Shown piece by piece: positions 55,454 through 64,000 of a stretch of DNA of 64,000 bases (position 1 is its first letter; each line of letters starts with the position of its first letter). The position numbers and the translations under genes are program-made. This stretch comes from a virus, in IMG/VR virus record IMGVR_UViG_3300005264_000009, positions 23,210-87,209 of that record. One strand, written 5' to 3'. The notes beneath the pieces are model-generated. The model did no database searches, was not told the DNA's origin, and saw only the letters and a list, made by a program, of their open reading frames with translations.

Positions 55454-58400
55454 TTATAGGTTAAGATAAGTTGTGTCAAAAACTTGTTGTATTGGTATAG
55501 TTAAATTGTTTTCGGTTATAGTTATATTTTCTAATCTAATATATTGATATTCTTCATTATGTATTATAATATTTACATCAAAATCAGTACCTGGATAAAA
55601 TATTGTATCAACAAAATCACCCACTGTATATTCAACCCCAGATATTTCAATACCATCTTCTACTTTGTAAATACGAACTTCTGTATCATCATGTAATCCT
55701 GTAAGTGTGATTGTCACCTCTTGCTGGTCTATTGGATATAAATTTGTACTTTGTGCTTCTAAAGTAGTTGTCGTTTCCATAAGCAACATACTCATGCTTG
55801 TTTGTGTTCCCGTAGCTGAAAAACGAAATTTGAACTTAATTCCTTCAGCGATATCACCTGATATTCCTGTCCAATTAGATACTGTTCTTACATCCAACCA
55901 AGTACCGTTCCAAGCCCCACCTTTAAATTGATATTGAAAAGCTAAATCAATATTACCCCACTCATTATTACCAAGCGTACAAGTTCCCACAGCGGCTGTA
56001 TAATTTCCATTAAAACCAGTATGTCCCTGCATGAAGTAACTTTGCTCAAACTCTATTACATCTCCATCCACCATATCCAAGTCTCCATCTTTGTAAAAAA
56101 GTGGATTACCTGCTATAATAGTTGTTTCGTTTACGGTTGCCGAAGGAGTTATCATAACAACCCCTAAAACTCCCAACGTATCGGACTTAAAACAATCATG
56201 GATATTATGTCCGTAAGAGGCAGCCAATGCGTCTTCCCAACCAGTGTTGGAACTTACATTCCCAGAACCACCATGTACACCTTTAAAAAGAATACCATCA
56301 TTTCCTGTTAGCTGTATTTCTGATGCATATTTGGCAGAACAATTCTGTACTAATATATTTTTCACTGTTACTGGGGCAACTGTAACATTCCCACCTGTAC
56401 CACCAATACCATCATCAGCCCATAACCTTGCAATATCTATATCCGAACAAATACCAGCCAGATAAACAAGCCTTTCTCCGTCCACTCCGAAACTGACTTT
56501 ATTATGTACATTTCCCATACATCTTATTTTTATGTTTATACAATCGGTTATGGAAACTAAATAATTTCCCATTGTACCATTCCCAATAAATTCAATACCT
56601 ACTATCTCACTATTATTGGAAAACGCAGCAAAAATAATTGCATTCTTTTCTTCTGTCTGCTCAATGCCTTCTTGTGTGCAGCATAATTTAATACTCCGTG
56701 CCTTAAATAAGGGGGTAGCGTTAATATTCAACATTGCGTCAAATTCCGCATGGTCACTACCAACCAGAACATTATTTTCAAATGTCACATCCTGACATCT
56801 TGAAAAATAAGTACAATATATCGAGTTAGTTCCCCAAACTGCTCCACATCGAAGAGTACAAATACAACCTTTTACTTCAACTCCAACTGTTGTTTCAGCA
56901 CCTAAAGAGCATCTTTCCGACTCTGATATAATGTTCAGGCAGTCTATTATGGAAGTACCAGCAATTAAATCCAATCCCCGAAAAGCATATCTTGTGGAGT
57001 ATGCACGACCTATCGGGTCGGGGCATCGTACACAATTTTTAAACGTAGTTTTTGAACCTGCATTATTGCTTCCCATATCCACATTACAACCGACATACTC
57101 CGCATCATATTTACTTGCATTGGTACTACCAAACCATGCAGAACCTACATTACAAACCTTTAAATCCACTTCCCCTGCGTTTGTAGTCACTAATTCAAAG
57201 CGTTGAGTTTCATTGCTACCTGTTGCAGTGTTGGACATGAAATGCACATTTGGTACTCTAATATCACATCCTGCAGGTGGTTTAAAACCACCTGTTGCAC
57301 CTGCAGAACTACCAAAGGTTAATGTTGTTGATAAATATTGATTTTCAAAAACAAACCCACCAACGCCTTGATGAAAGCCACTTATAAAGGATGCACTATT
57401 GGCAACACAATTACCAAACTCCTGATAAATTCCAGCTTCTTTTATATCTCCTAACACATTATTTATGTTTGCCGTAAATGATGTTTGCAAATCTGGTCCA
57501 GCATTATCTACTAATTTTCGCACAAAAACCTCATCATTGTCTGCTAAAGTTCCTGTTAAAAATCTTACAATAATAGAAACAGTCATACTCATTTCTACAT
57601 CTTGATCATCAGCAACATCCGAACCAATGTGTTCAGGTAAATCATCGTTAAATATAAGTGTGCTATTCGTAACGGTATTACCATAAACTGTGTCTGTGAT
57701 GGTATCAGTTGAAACATATATTTTAGTAGCTTTTACACCTACAGTAGTACTACCACCTGTATTATGACTATTATTAATGCGTATTCCCTTAATATCTTGG
57801 ACAGTATTAAAAACAACAATAAGTCTAAGGTTTGTTACTTCATCATTTCCCCCGAGCCATTGTGAATCCCACCAATCACCTGTTTTAAGTGTACTTGTGT
57901 TAAAAACATGATCGGCACTAAATCCTGACGCATCATATTCTGATGTGGCATAAGTTGTAAAATCAGATGTTGATAATTCTATTACCTCATCATCTAAACC
58001 AATAAATTCAATCGCACGAATACCCATGTAAGAACTATACCCATAATTATCTGCAAAATCGAATACAACACTTTTAATATCACTTAAACTTCCACCACCA
58101 GCACCAGCTTCGACACTTACAATTCTCCCCATAACTTTTTCATCAGAGGTTTTATAAATCCAATCATCCTTTACTGGATATTCACCATCTATGTTATCAA
58201 GAATTAACTTTCTACCTGTTTCTACCTGTACCATGGGGATTACATCTGGATTTTCTGCAAAGGTTATTACTTGGGAGTCTGTTCCATCAGTTGTCCCAAT
58301 ACTGTACCAATCACCACGAACTTGAAGTATGCCTTGTCCATTCACGTTTATTTCTTGAAGATTATGCCCTTCAAACCATATAACATTACCAGAAGAGATG

Positions 58401-58582
58401 TTTTCACCATCTACTTTTAAGATACCATTATTTATATCAACCTGATCAACAATAATAGAGGGTGTTTCATCACAAGTAACAACTGCACCATTATTGATAG
58501 TAAGATTATCACCATCAACCATTGAACCTGCTACAACTGCCTCTTCAAATGTCATATCTGTCGTTGCTGTATAACTTGGCAT
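55454..58582 (-). CDS. large tail fibre/spike-like protein with beta-helix region and inserted discoidin-like domain
   Basis: 1042 aa beta-rich, Cys-containing repeats; insert homologous to 63287..63850. Confidence 0.7.
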   Translation of the reverse strand: MPSYTATTDMTFEEAVVAGSMVDGDNLTINNGAVVTCDETPSIIVDQVDINNGILKVDGENISSGNVIWFEGHNLQEINVNGQGILQVRGDWYSIGTTDGTDSQVITFAENPDVIPMVQVETGRKLILDNIDGEYPVKDDWIYKTSDEKVMGRIVSVEAGAGGGSLSDIKSVVFDFADNYGYSSYMGIRAIEFIGLDDEVIELSTSDFTTYATSEYDASGFSADHVFNTSTLKTGDWWDSQWLGGNDEVTNLRLIVVFNTVQDIKGIRINNSHNTGGSTTVGVKATKIYVSTDTITDTVYGNTVTNSTLIFNDDLPEHIGSDVADDQDVEMSMTVSIIVRFLTGTLADNDEVFVRKLVDNAGPDLQTSFTANINNVLGDIKEAGIYQEFGNCVANSASFISGFHQGVGGFVFENQYLSTTLTFGSSAGATGGFKPPAGCDIRVPNVHFMSNTATGSNETQRFELVTTNAGEVDLKVCNVGSAWFGSTNASKYDAEYVGCNVDMGSNNAGSKTTFKNCVRCPDPIGRAYSTRYAFRGLDLIAGTSIIDCLNIISESERCSLGAETTVGVEVKGCICTLRCGAVWGTNSIYCTYFSRCQDVTFENNVLVGSDHAEFDAMLNINATPLFKARSIKLCCTQEGIEQTEEKNAIIFAAFSNNSEIVGIEFIGNGTMGNYLVSITDCINIKIRCMGNVHNKVSFGVDGERLVYLAGICSDIDIARLWADDGIGGTGGNVTVAPVTVKNILVQNCSAKYASEIQLTGNDGILFKGVHGGSGNVSSNTGWEDALAASYGHNIHDCFKSDTLGVLGVVMITPSATVNETTIIAGNPLFYKDGDLDMVDGDVIEFEQSYFMQGHTGFNGNYTAAVGTCTLGNNEWGNIDLAFQYQFKGGAWNGTWLDVRTVSNWTGISGDIAEGIKFKFRFSATGTQTSMSMLLMETTTTLEAQSTNLYPIDQQEVTITLTGLHDDTEVRIYKVEDGIEISGVEYTVGDFVDTIFYPGTDFDVNIIIHNEEYQYIRLENITITENNLTIPIQQVFDTTYLNL

Positions 58583-58600
58583 TTAAACACCCATATTATT

Positions 58601-59494
58601 TTATTGTTTTATTAATCTTGTATCCCCTGTTTTTAAGGATGCAAGTTCTGTAACTTCACCTGTCATACCTTTATATACTGCGTATTCTTTACTAACACCT
58701 TTATATTTATCACCCATATTATTTAGAAATTGCATATACATATCATGTGTTGGTTCAGGCATTTCTAAAAATGGTTCTATTGGTTGTTTACTTTTGTATG
58801 CCTCCTGTATAGCATTTTGTTTATCTTTGAATAATTTACCTTCCATTGCTAAATAAACGTTTACTTCCATTTGTGCAGAAGCTCCATTTATACCAATTTG
58901 TTGGAAATAAATATGATTTCCCTCATCAATAATACCATTTCTTGATCTGGCAGCAATAGTACCTTGATTAAATGCTGTCATAATATGGTAACGCTCTTCG
59001 TCTTCCTCAAAATCTATTTCATTAAATTCTTTTATGTTTTTACTTTTTAAAATAGAATTGTACTGTTCAATATAATTTGCAATTTTTCTGATTGCACCTG
59101 ATATATAAACAATACCATTTTCTAATTGTGATTTCTTTTGATCTATCTTTATTTGTATTAATTCTCTTTTTAAAGGATCTGTTACTTCCTCTATATCACG
59201 TTCTAATATTTTTATTTGTACTTCACTTTTAGCTCTTTTGAATTTAGCTTCGTCTAAAGCTGATTTAGATTTATTTATTTCTGCTAAAATTTGCCTAACA
59301 GATCTTAGTGCTGTTGGTTGAGTTACGGTTAAAAAATTATCCATGAATTGACTTTGACTTTTACCAAACAAAGATGTTGCTCTTTGTATTTCTGGATAAT
59401 TTTCATTAATCATACTAATCATTTTAGTATGTTCAGGTAAATAACTGGTTAAATCGGTTGAATTTACTTCTTCTGTTGTAATTACTTCGTACAT
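58601..59494 (-). CDS. hypothetical coiled-coil protein associated with tail genes
   Basis: 297 aa, KSQSQFM...RQILAEI. Confidence 0.7.
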   Translation of the reverse strand: MYEVITTEEVNSTDLTSYLPEHTKMISMINENYPEIQRATSLFGKSQSQFMDNFLTVTQPTALRSVRQILAEINKSKSALDEAKFKRAKSEVQIKILERDIEEVTDPLKRELIQIKIDQKKSQLENGIVYISGAIRKIANYIEQYNSILKSKNIKEFNEIDFEEDEERYHIMTAFNQGTIAARSRNGIIDEGNHIYFQQIGINGASAQMEVNVYLAMEGKLFKDKQNAIQEAYKSKQPIEPFLEMPEPTHDMYMQFLNNMGDKYKGVSKEYAVYKGMTGEVTELASLKTGDTRLIKQ

Positions 59495-59518
59495 TTTTCT
59501 CGCCCTCTTTTTATGTTT

Positions 59519-59959
59519 TTATATTACAGAACATTCAAACTTGCTTATATTATCAACAATAACTTCTTTTCGCAATACAAAATGTGTATAATTCATCATT
59601 TTTCTATTAAAAGCACCCCATTTTAATTCAGGGCAAACATCTAATACAAGATTCCCAAATAAATTATACCATGAAAATATAGATAAATCCCTTAAATTCC
59701 AAGACCAAGTTTTATCAAAATAAACAAAATCCACACCAGTAGCGTATAAAGGTGGTATTATTTCCAAATCGTATAAGTGTTCAGAAATAATATTTTTTGT
59801 TTTGCCTTTACTTATTAACATTTGATGCCGATCTTTTGTTCTACCTGTTTCAAATAACTTAAAAGGCATTTTATACTTGTAAATAACTTCTTTTTGTATA
59901 ATATCTACTTTTTCCCTTAAAATAGGGTGTAACATTTCTAATGTTCTTTGTGTTTGCAT
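59519..59959 (-). CDS. M15-family (L-Ala-D-Glu peptidase-like) peptidoglycan hydrolase
   Basis: LHP.L, ETGRT..R...L, SEH, A.GVD, WG, H near C-terminus. Confidence 0.65.
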   Translation of the reverse strand: MQTQRTLEMLHPILREKVDIIQKEVIYKYKMPFKLFETGRTKDRHQMLISKGKTKNIISEHLYDLEIIPPLYATGVDFVYFDKTWSWNLRDLSIFSWYNLFGNLVLDVCPELKWGAFNRKMMNYTHFVLRKEVIVDNISKFECSVI

Positions 59960-59970
59960 ACTTAAAATCC

Positions 59971-60195
59971 TTATGGAACATGAATAGTTTGTGTATTTTC
60001 CTGATTAATAACAGCCATTATTTGATTATTAGAAATTAATACAGTATTTCCAACCTTTGCTCTACCCCAAACAACTGTTACAACATCACCTAATTTTACC
60101 TTTGCTTTATCACCTATGATAGATTGCACGATGGCTATATAACTTTTTCTTTTTCCTACACCCAACATGTTTTTAAAATCCATAAGGGGATTCAT
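59971..60195 (-). CDS. small OB-fold-like tail/baseplate protein
   Basis: 74 aa beta-rich ORF in tail operon. Confidence 0.55.
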   Translation of the reverse strand: MNPLMDFKNMLGVGKRKSYIAIVQSIIGDKAKVKLGDVVTVVWGRAKVGNTVLISNNQIMAVINQENTQTIHVP

Positions 60196-60515
60196 ATTAC
60201 CTCCTCTTTCCTTTCTACAATAACTGTACTATTTATAGATAATGTATTATTTGTCATATTTATATCTACTTTATGAAATATGACACGACCCACAAAAGAT
60301 TCCCCCAAATTATTATCTGTTACAGCTATCAAATCTGTAGGATAAATTTTACCTTTATAAGGAAATTGCATTTCATATAATCTTTTATTATATCCTTCAT
60401 CATACAAATATGTACTACCTTTTTCCTTACCTATATCATTTGTTGTACAAAGAGTATCTATTAATGTTTCTGGAGCTAATTTGTCACCAGCACCCCTTGT
60501 CACTAAAATTCTCAT
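60192..60515 (-). CDS. tail/baseplate protein
   Basis: 107 aa, overlapping neighbours. Confidence 0.55.
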   Translation of the reverse strand: MRILVTRGAGDKLAPETLIDTLCTTNDIGKEKGSTYLYDEGYNKRLYEMQFPYKGKIYPTDLIAVTDNNLGESFVGRVIFHKVDINMTNNTLSINSTVIVERKEEVI

Positions 60516-61003
60516 ATTATTGCCTCAATATAAATCAAAATATAATAAACATCTGTCATATCACCTGGAGGTATTAATGTATATTCATCATATTCAGATT
60601 GATAGTCAATTTTTGCTATACCTAATGTATCTGTTGTTGCATTTTGTATTTGTACATTAGTTATATCCACAATATCTATAGTTCCCAAAGTATTTACAGC
60701 ACTTGTCGGATAAAACGTTTGATTTAAAATATTTACAATTTTTTTATCTGTACTTGCTGGTGCACCTTTAATAAAAGAGCAAATAAAATCTTTTATATCC
60801 TCTTTAACATTTTTTAAACCATCAGAAATTGTACCACTTGTTTTTTCAATCACATAATTACAATTAGAATAAATTTTAAAGTGTACAGGATCACCTTTTT
60901 GAAATGTTGTTTTATTATTATTTTTAATTTCATCTAATGCTACACTTAAAAAAGCATTATCAACACCACCAAAATTAACAACAAATGTTGCTGTTGTAGC
61001 CAT
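60512..61003 (-). CDS. tail/baseplate protein
   Basis: 163 aa, GGAGG RBS. Confidence 0.6.
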   Translation of the reverse strand: MATTATFVVNFGGVDNAFLSVALDEIKNNNKTTFQKGDPVHFKIYSNCNYVIEKTSGTISDGLKNVKEDIKDFICSFIKGAPASTDKKIVNILNQTFYPTSAVNTLGTIDIVDITNVQIQNATTDTLGIAKIDYQSEYDEYTLIPPGDMTDVYYILIYIEAII

Positions 61004-61998
61004 TATAAACCCTCCTCAACATAAACTTGAATATCTTTTGCAATATCAGATTGTATTGTAACAAAATGAAATTGAGTCACATATGTTATTTCTAATAATG
61101 ATGTTTTTTTATTAAAAGAAGATATATTAGTGTTATTAAATACTAATGTACCTAAATCTAAATCTAAATAAGTATGTGAATCAATAGATAAAACAGGTTG
61201 CGATACATTACCAACACCATCCACAATTTCTATAACCTCTGTTAATGTCTCTGTTTGTATTTCTGATGGAAGAATTGTAACATTATTTCTTGAAGTTAAT
61301 AATTCAATAGATAAAACAAATGGGAAAACAACCACTTTTAAAATGGCTGTAAGATTCACTTTATTTATTTCATGTTCAGAAATAACAATACTACCCTCAT
61401 TACTATCAGGTTCATTCGATACCCAAACTTCATTATAACCAGGTTTAAATTCTTTTGTTTCTTTTAATTCAAAAACATCATCAAAATCAGAAAGGACATG
61501 ATCTACATTTGTTATATCATAATTTGCTGGTGCTATTTTATACTTGGGTACAATATATAAATCACCCTCTGAATCAGAATAAACAATACCACCAACTGCA
61601 TTTGCTATTCTTGTCACTAATGCTATTGGTGTTTCCCCCTCTGAAATTAAAACACCATTAGCTAAATTCCAATTAGGTATATTTATACTTGGAGTATCTA
61701 TCAATTCATTTATAACAGTATCTGTTGTGGTATTACCCCAAGTTTTATGTAATGGTATAGAACCCTCCCCATATTTCGACGATTTAGAACGTGCAGTAAC
61801 ATTAAATGAACTCTCACCAAATATTTCAACCCTCTCTCGTGTATCTATTATAAATCTATATGTATCAGCACCAATTTGTACTTCAATTTCTTTTCCTACT
61901 TCGGCTAAAACCCATTGTTCTCTATCAGAAACCTGCCCTGTTAATGACCAACAATATGAATTTTCATCAATAGAAAAACTTAAATTATCAAATTTCAT
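61003..61998 (-). CDS. tail hub/baseplate-like protein
   Basis: TPIALVTRIANAVGG.VYSD.EG.L pattern of hub proteins. Confidence 0.6.
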   Translation of the reverse strand: MKFDNLSFSIDENSYCWSLTGQVSDREQWVLAEVGKEIEVQIGADTYRFIIDTRERVEIFGESSFNVTARSKSSKYGEGSIPLHKTWGNTTTDTVINELIDTPSINIPNWNLANGVLISEGETPIALVTRIANAVGGIVYSDSEGDLYIVPKYKIAPANYDITNVDHVLSDFDDVFELKETKEFKPGYNEVWVSNEPDSNEGSIVISEHEINKVNLTAILKVVVFPFVLSIELLTSRNNVTILPSEIQTETLTEVIEIVDGVGNVSQPVLSIDSHTYLDLDLGTLVFNNTNISSFNKKTSLLEITYVTQFHFVTIQSDIAKDIQVYVEEGL

Positions 61999-62801
61999 AA
62001 TTCACCCTCTAATTTAACCCAATAACCATAATTTTTTATACTTGGTGTTAATTCAATTAAAGCAAATATACTTAACACATCTTTATTAACACTAAGTTTA
62101 TTTGTAAGATCGTACATTACTTCTAATGTGTTTTTAACATCCTTTATAATAAAATAATTAGATTGTACGTCTTTTTTTATTAGTGTATTTATTCCATAAT
62201 CAATTTGTATATCATTATTAACATTAATACTAAATACATTATCAAAATTTACATTCACTTGTAATTTTTGTAAATCATAATTCACAAAATTGTCATTTTT
62301 AATAATAGGCATTAAACTATAACCAACTTGTATGTCATTTAAAATCGGATTAATAGTGTAATTTATACTATAATTATTATTCAATTTAGCATATAAATCA
62401 ATCGTGTATCTAATATCAAAACTGTTGTTTTTTTGTGTATTAATGGTGTAAAGAGAATCAAAATCTGTTGTTAAATAAGGTTTTAATGAAAAAGAACTGG
62501 TTATATCATTTAACACATACGGTTTTAATGAAAAAACACTGGTTATATCATTAGCTACATATTGTTTTAATGAAAAAATACTGTTTATATCAGAAGCTAC
62601 AAAAGGTATTAATCTAAAAGTACTGATTATATCATTTATTACAGATAATTTAAGTGAAAAAGTACTGATTATATCATTTATTACAGATAATTTAAGTAAA
62701 AAATCAGTATATATATCTGTACTCAAATATATATTATATGTACTTTCAAAAGTATTACTTATACTTTTAGTTGTTTTAGTTGTGAATAAAACAATACCCA
62801 T
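61995..62801 (-). CDS. virion protein with 14-aa repeats
   Basis: NDI.S.FSLK.Y repeats. Confidence 0.65.
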   Translation of the reverse strand: MGIVLFTTKTTKSISNTFESTYNIYLSTDIYTDFLLKLSVINDIISTFSLKLSVINDIISTFRLIPFVASDINSIFSLKQYVANDITSVFSLKPYVLNDITSSFSLKPYLTTDFDSLYTINTQKNNSFDIRYTIDLYAKLNNNYSINYTINPILNDIQVGYSLMPIIKNDNFVNYDLQKLQVNVNFDNVFSINVNNDIQIDYGINTLIKKDVQSNYFIIKDVKNTLEVMYDLTNKLSVNKDVLSIFALIELTPSIKNYGYWVKLEGEL

Positions 62802-63271
62802 TATACACCTGCTAATTTAACATAAACAGTTCCTGCACTTATTGTATCTAATGCTAAGGCTATTCTTGATGCACCAAACAAGTCAAATGTATGTACATTT
62901 GACATATAATGACCAGCAGTATCTGTTCGAGTTGTTGCCGTTAAAGTTGTTGCATCACCCATAATTTCATTTAAGTCATTATCATACCAAAGAGTTCTCA
63001 CATTAACACTTGCACCAGTATTAGAAAATGCTATTTTAGCAATTCCTTTTGATAATCTTTGACACCAATAAGAATTAGTATCTGAATTACCTGTAAATTC
63101 ACCAACATCAATAAATTCTAAAGGTGCATATGTTATTGTTTGTGTTTGTAAATAATCATTATCCCAACCATGTAATCCACCAATAGGTATAGATTCAGAT
63201 GTATCTATATCAGTTACAGCTAAATGTGGTAAAATTGGTGGTACAAATGGTGCAGCAAAAACGGCTATCAT
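62801..63271 (-). CDS. virion protein
   Basis: 156 aa, GGAGG RBS. Confidence 0.6.
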   Translation of the reverse strand: MIAVFAAPFVPPILPHLAVTDIDTSESIPIGGLHGWDNDYLQTQTITYAPLEFIDVGEFTGNSDTNSYWCQRLSKGIAKIAFSNTGASVNVRTLWYDNDLNEIMGDATTLTATTRTDTAGHYMSNVHTFDLFGASRIALALDTISAGTVYVKLAGV

Positions 63272-63286
63272 TATATAATTCCTCCA

Positions 63287-63850
63287 TTATAAGAGTGTAA
63301 GTATTTCTGGATCTTCCTGATCACTTGATATATGTTCTCTAAATTGTGAGTCAAAAATCAATTTAGGATTAGTAATAACTTCTCCAGGAGTATCATCATA
63401 ATACTCATCCAGTGTTATATTTATTTTATTGTCTTTAATACCTCTATTAGTGTAATTTCCAGAAGTATGAAAATTATTTATAATAATAGTATCAAAAATT
63501 ATAGGCACTTCAAAAATGGCTATAATTCTGTATGGTGGTGCATAAGAATATGAACTACCAACTTTCCAACCCATATTAGTATCCAGACCAACTTTACTTA
63601 ATGAAGTTATAAAAGCATTATCAACATAACCACCAGAAGCACTATCATTACTATAACAATAAGTGTTCTCCTCTGTTCTTTGTAGTTTAACCCCATTATA
63701 CCAAAAATCTATAGAACGAATACCCATAAAACCACCAAAAGAATTAATAGCATCTAAAATAAAACTTTTAGCTATATATTCTTTCGCTTTAAATGGTGTA
63801 TATATTAATTGCCGTACATCTCTATTATTTAAAAAAACAGATCTTCTCAT
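63287..63850 (-). CDS. discoidin/F5-8-like beta-sandwich virion protein
   Basis: MGIRSIDF, INNFH, GIKD.KI, LIFD....H motifs shared with insert in 55454..58582. Confidence 0.65.
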   Translation of the reverse strand: MRRSVFLNNRDVRQLIYTPFKAKEYIAKSFILDAINSFGGFMGIRSIDFWYNGVKLQRTEENTYCYSNDSASGGYVDNAFITSLSKVGLDTNMGWKVGSSYSYAPPYRIIAIFEVPIIFDTIIINNFHTSGNYTNRGIKDNKINITLDEYYDDTPGEVITNPKLIFDSQFREHISSDQEDPEILTLL

Positions 63851-64000
63851 TATAATCCACCATGTCCATTAGATAATCCTGCTAAATCAGACTTTCCTTC
63901 ACTTAAATCACCAAAATCTTGTGCATCACCTAATGTGGCTATGGTTATGTATTCCATAACATTTGTGGAATCAGCACCATAGCCACCACCAAAAATACCT
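63850..64000 (-). CDS. C-terminal end of a repeat-containing (Kelch-like) virion protein, truncated by window edge
   Basis: GIFGGG...NVMEYITIATLGDAQDFGDL...SNGHGGL*. Confidence 0.7.
   Translation of the reverse strand, partial: GIFGGGYGADSTNVMEYITIATLGDAQDFGDLSEGKSDLAGLSNGHGGL

Noticed and set aside
55454-63850. Diversity-generating retroelement acting on the duplicated discoidin-like domain
   Set aside because: Similarity is at protein level only, with no adenine-specific TR/VR pair and no reverse transcriptase in the window

Overview
This is an AT-rich, gene-dense segment of a large tailed dsDNA bacteriophage using the standard genetic code (TGA acts as a stop in many ATGA overlaps). No tRNA, rRNA, CRISPR array or integrase was seen. 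The + strand from 1 to 50115 is an early/middle region with small hypothetical genes, many in tandem paralog pairs. It carries nucleotide-metabolism genes (DUF5664-type dNTP diphosphohydrolase, ThyX-like, dCMP deaminase, NrdD-like fragment) and a large set of DNA methyltransferases. It also carries a near-complete replisome and recombination kit: primase, HTH replication initiator with internal iteron-like repeats, intein-containing DnaB plus a degenerate DnaB paralog, beta-clamp, intein-containing DnaX-like loader, UDG-fused family A polymerase, UvsY-like, gp32-like SSB, RecA, FEN, endonuclease VII, RNA and DNA ligases, and a split Rad50 with Mre11. Ten related sigma70-type promoters lie in this region. 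The - strand from 50117 to 64000 is the distal end of a late operon with tail, fibre and lysis genes. The most unusual signals are: (i) three cloverleaf RNA-like elements, one of which has a loop exactly complementary to the downstream ribosome-binding site (C4/CI-antisense-like) in front of the replication genes; (ii) MTase genes interrupted by short stop-containing inserts at the DPPY catalytic motif, including one whose core is replaced in frame by an HNH gene; (iii) a dual-frame split C5 MTase; (iv) a U32-like/sulfotransferase fusion; (v) a stand-alone PAS protein in the lysis cluster. All family assignments are from motif recognition by eye, not database searches.
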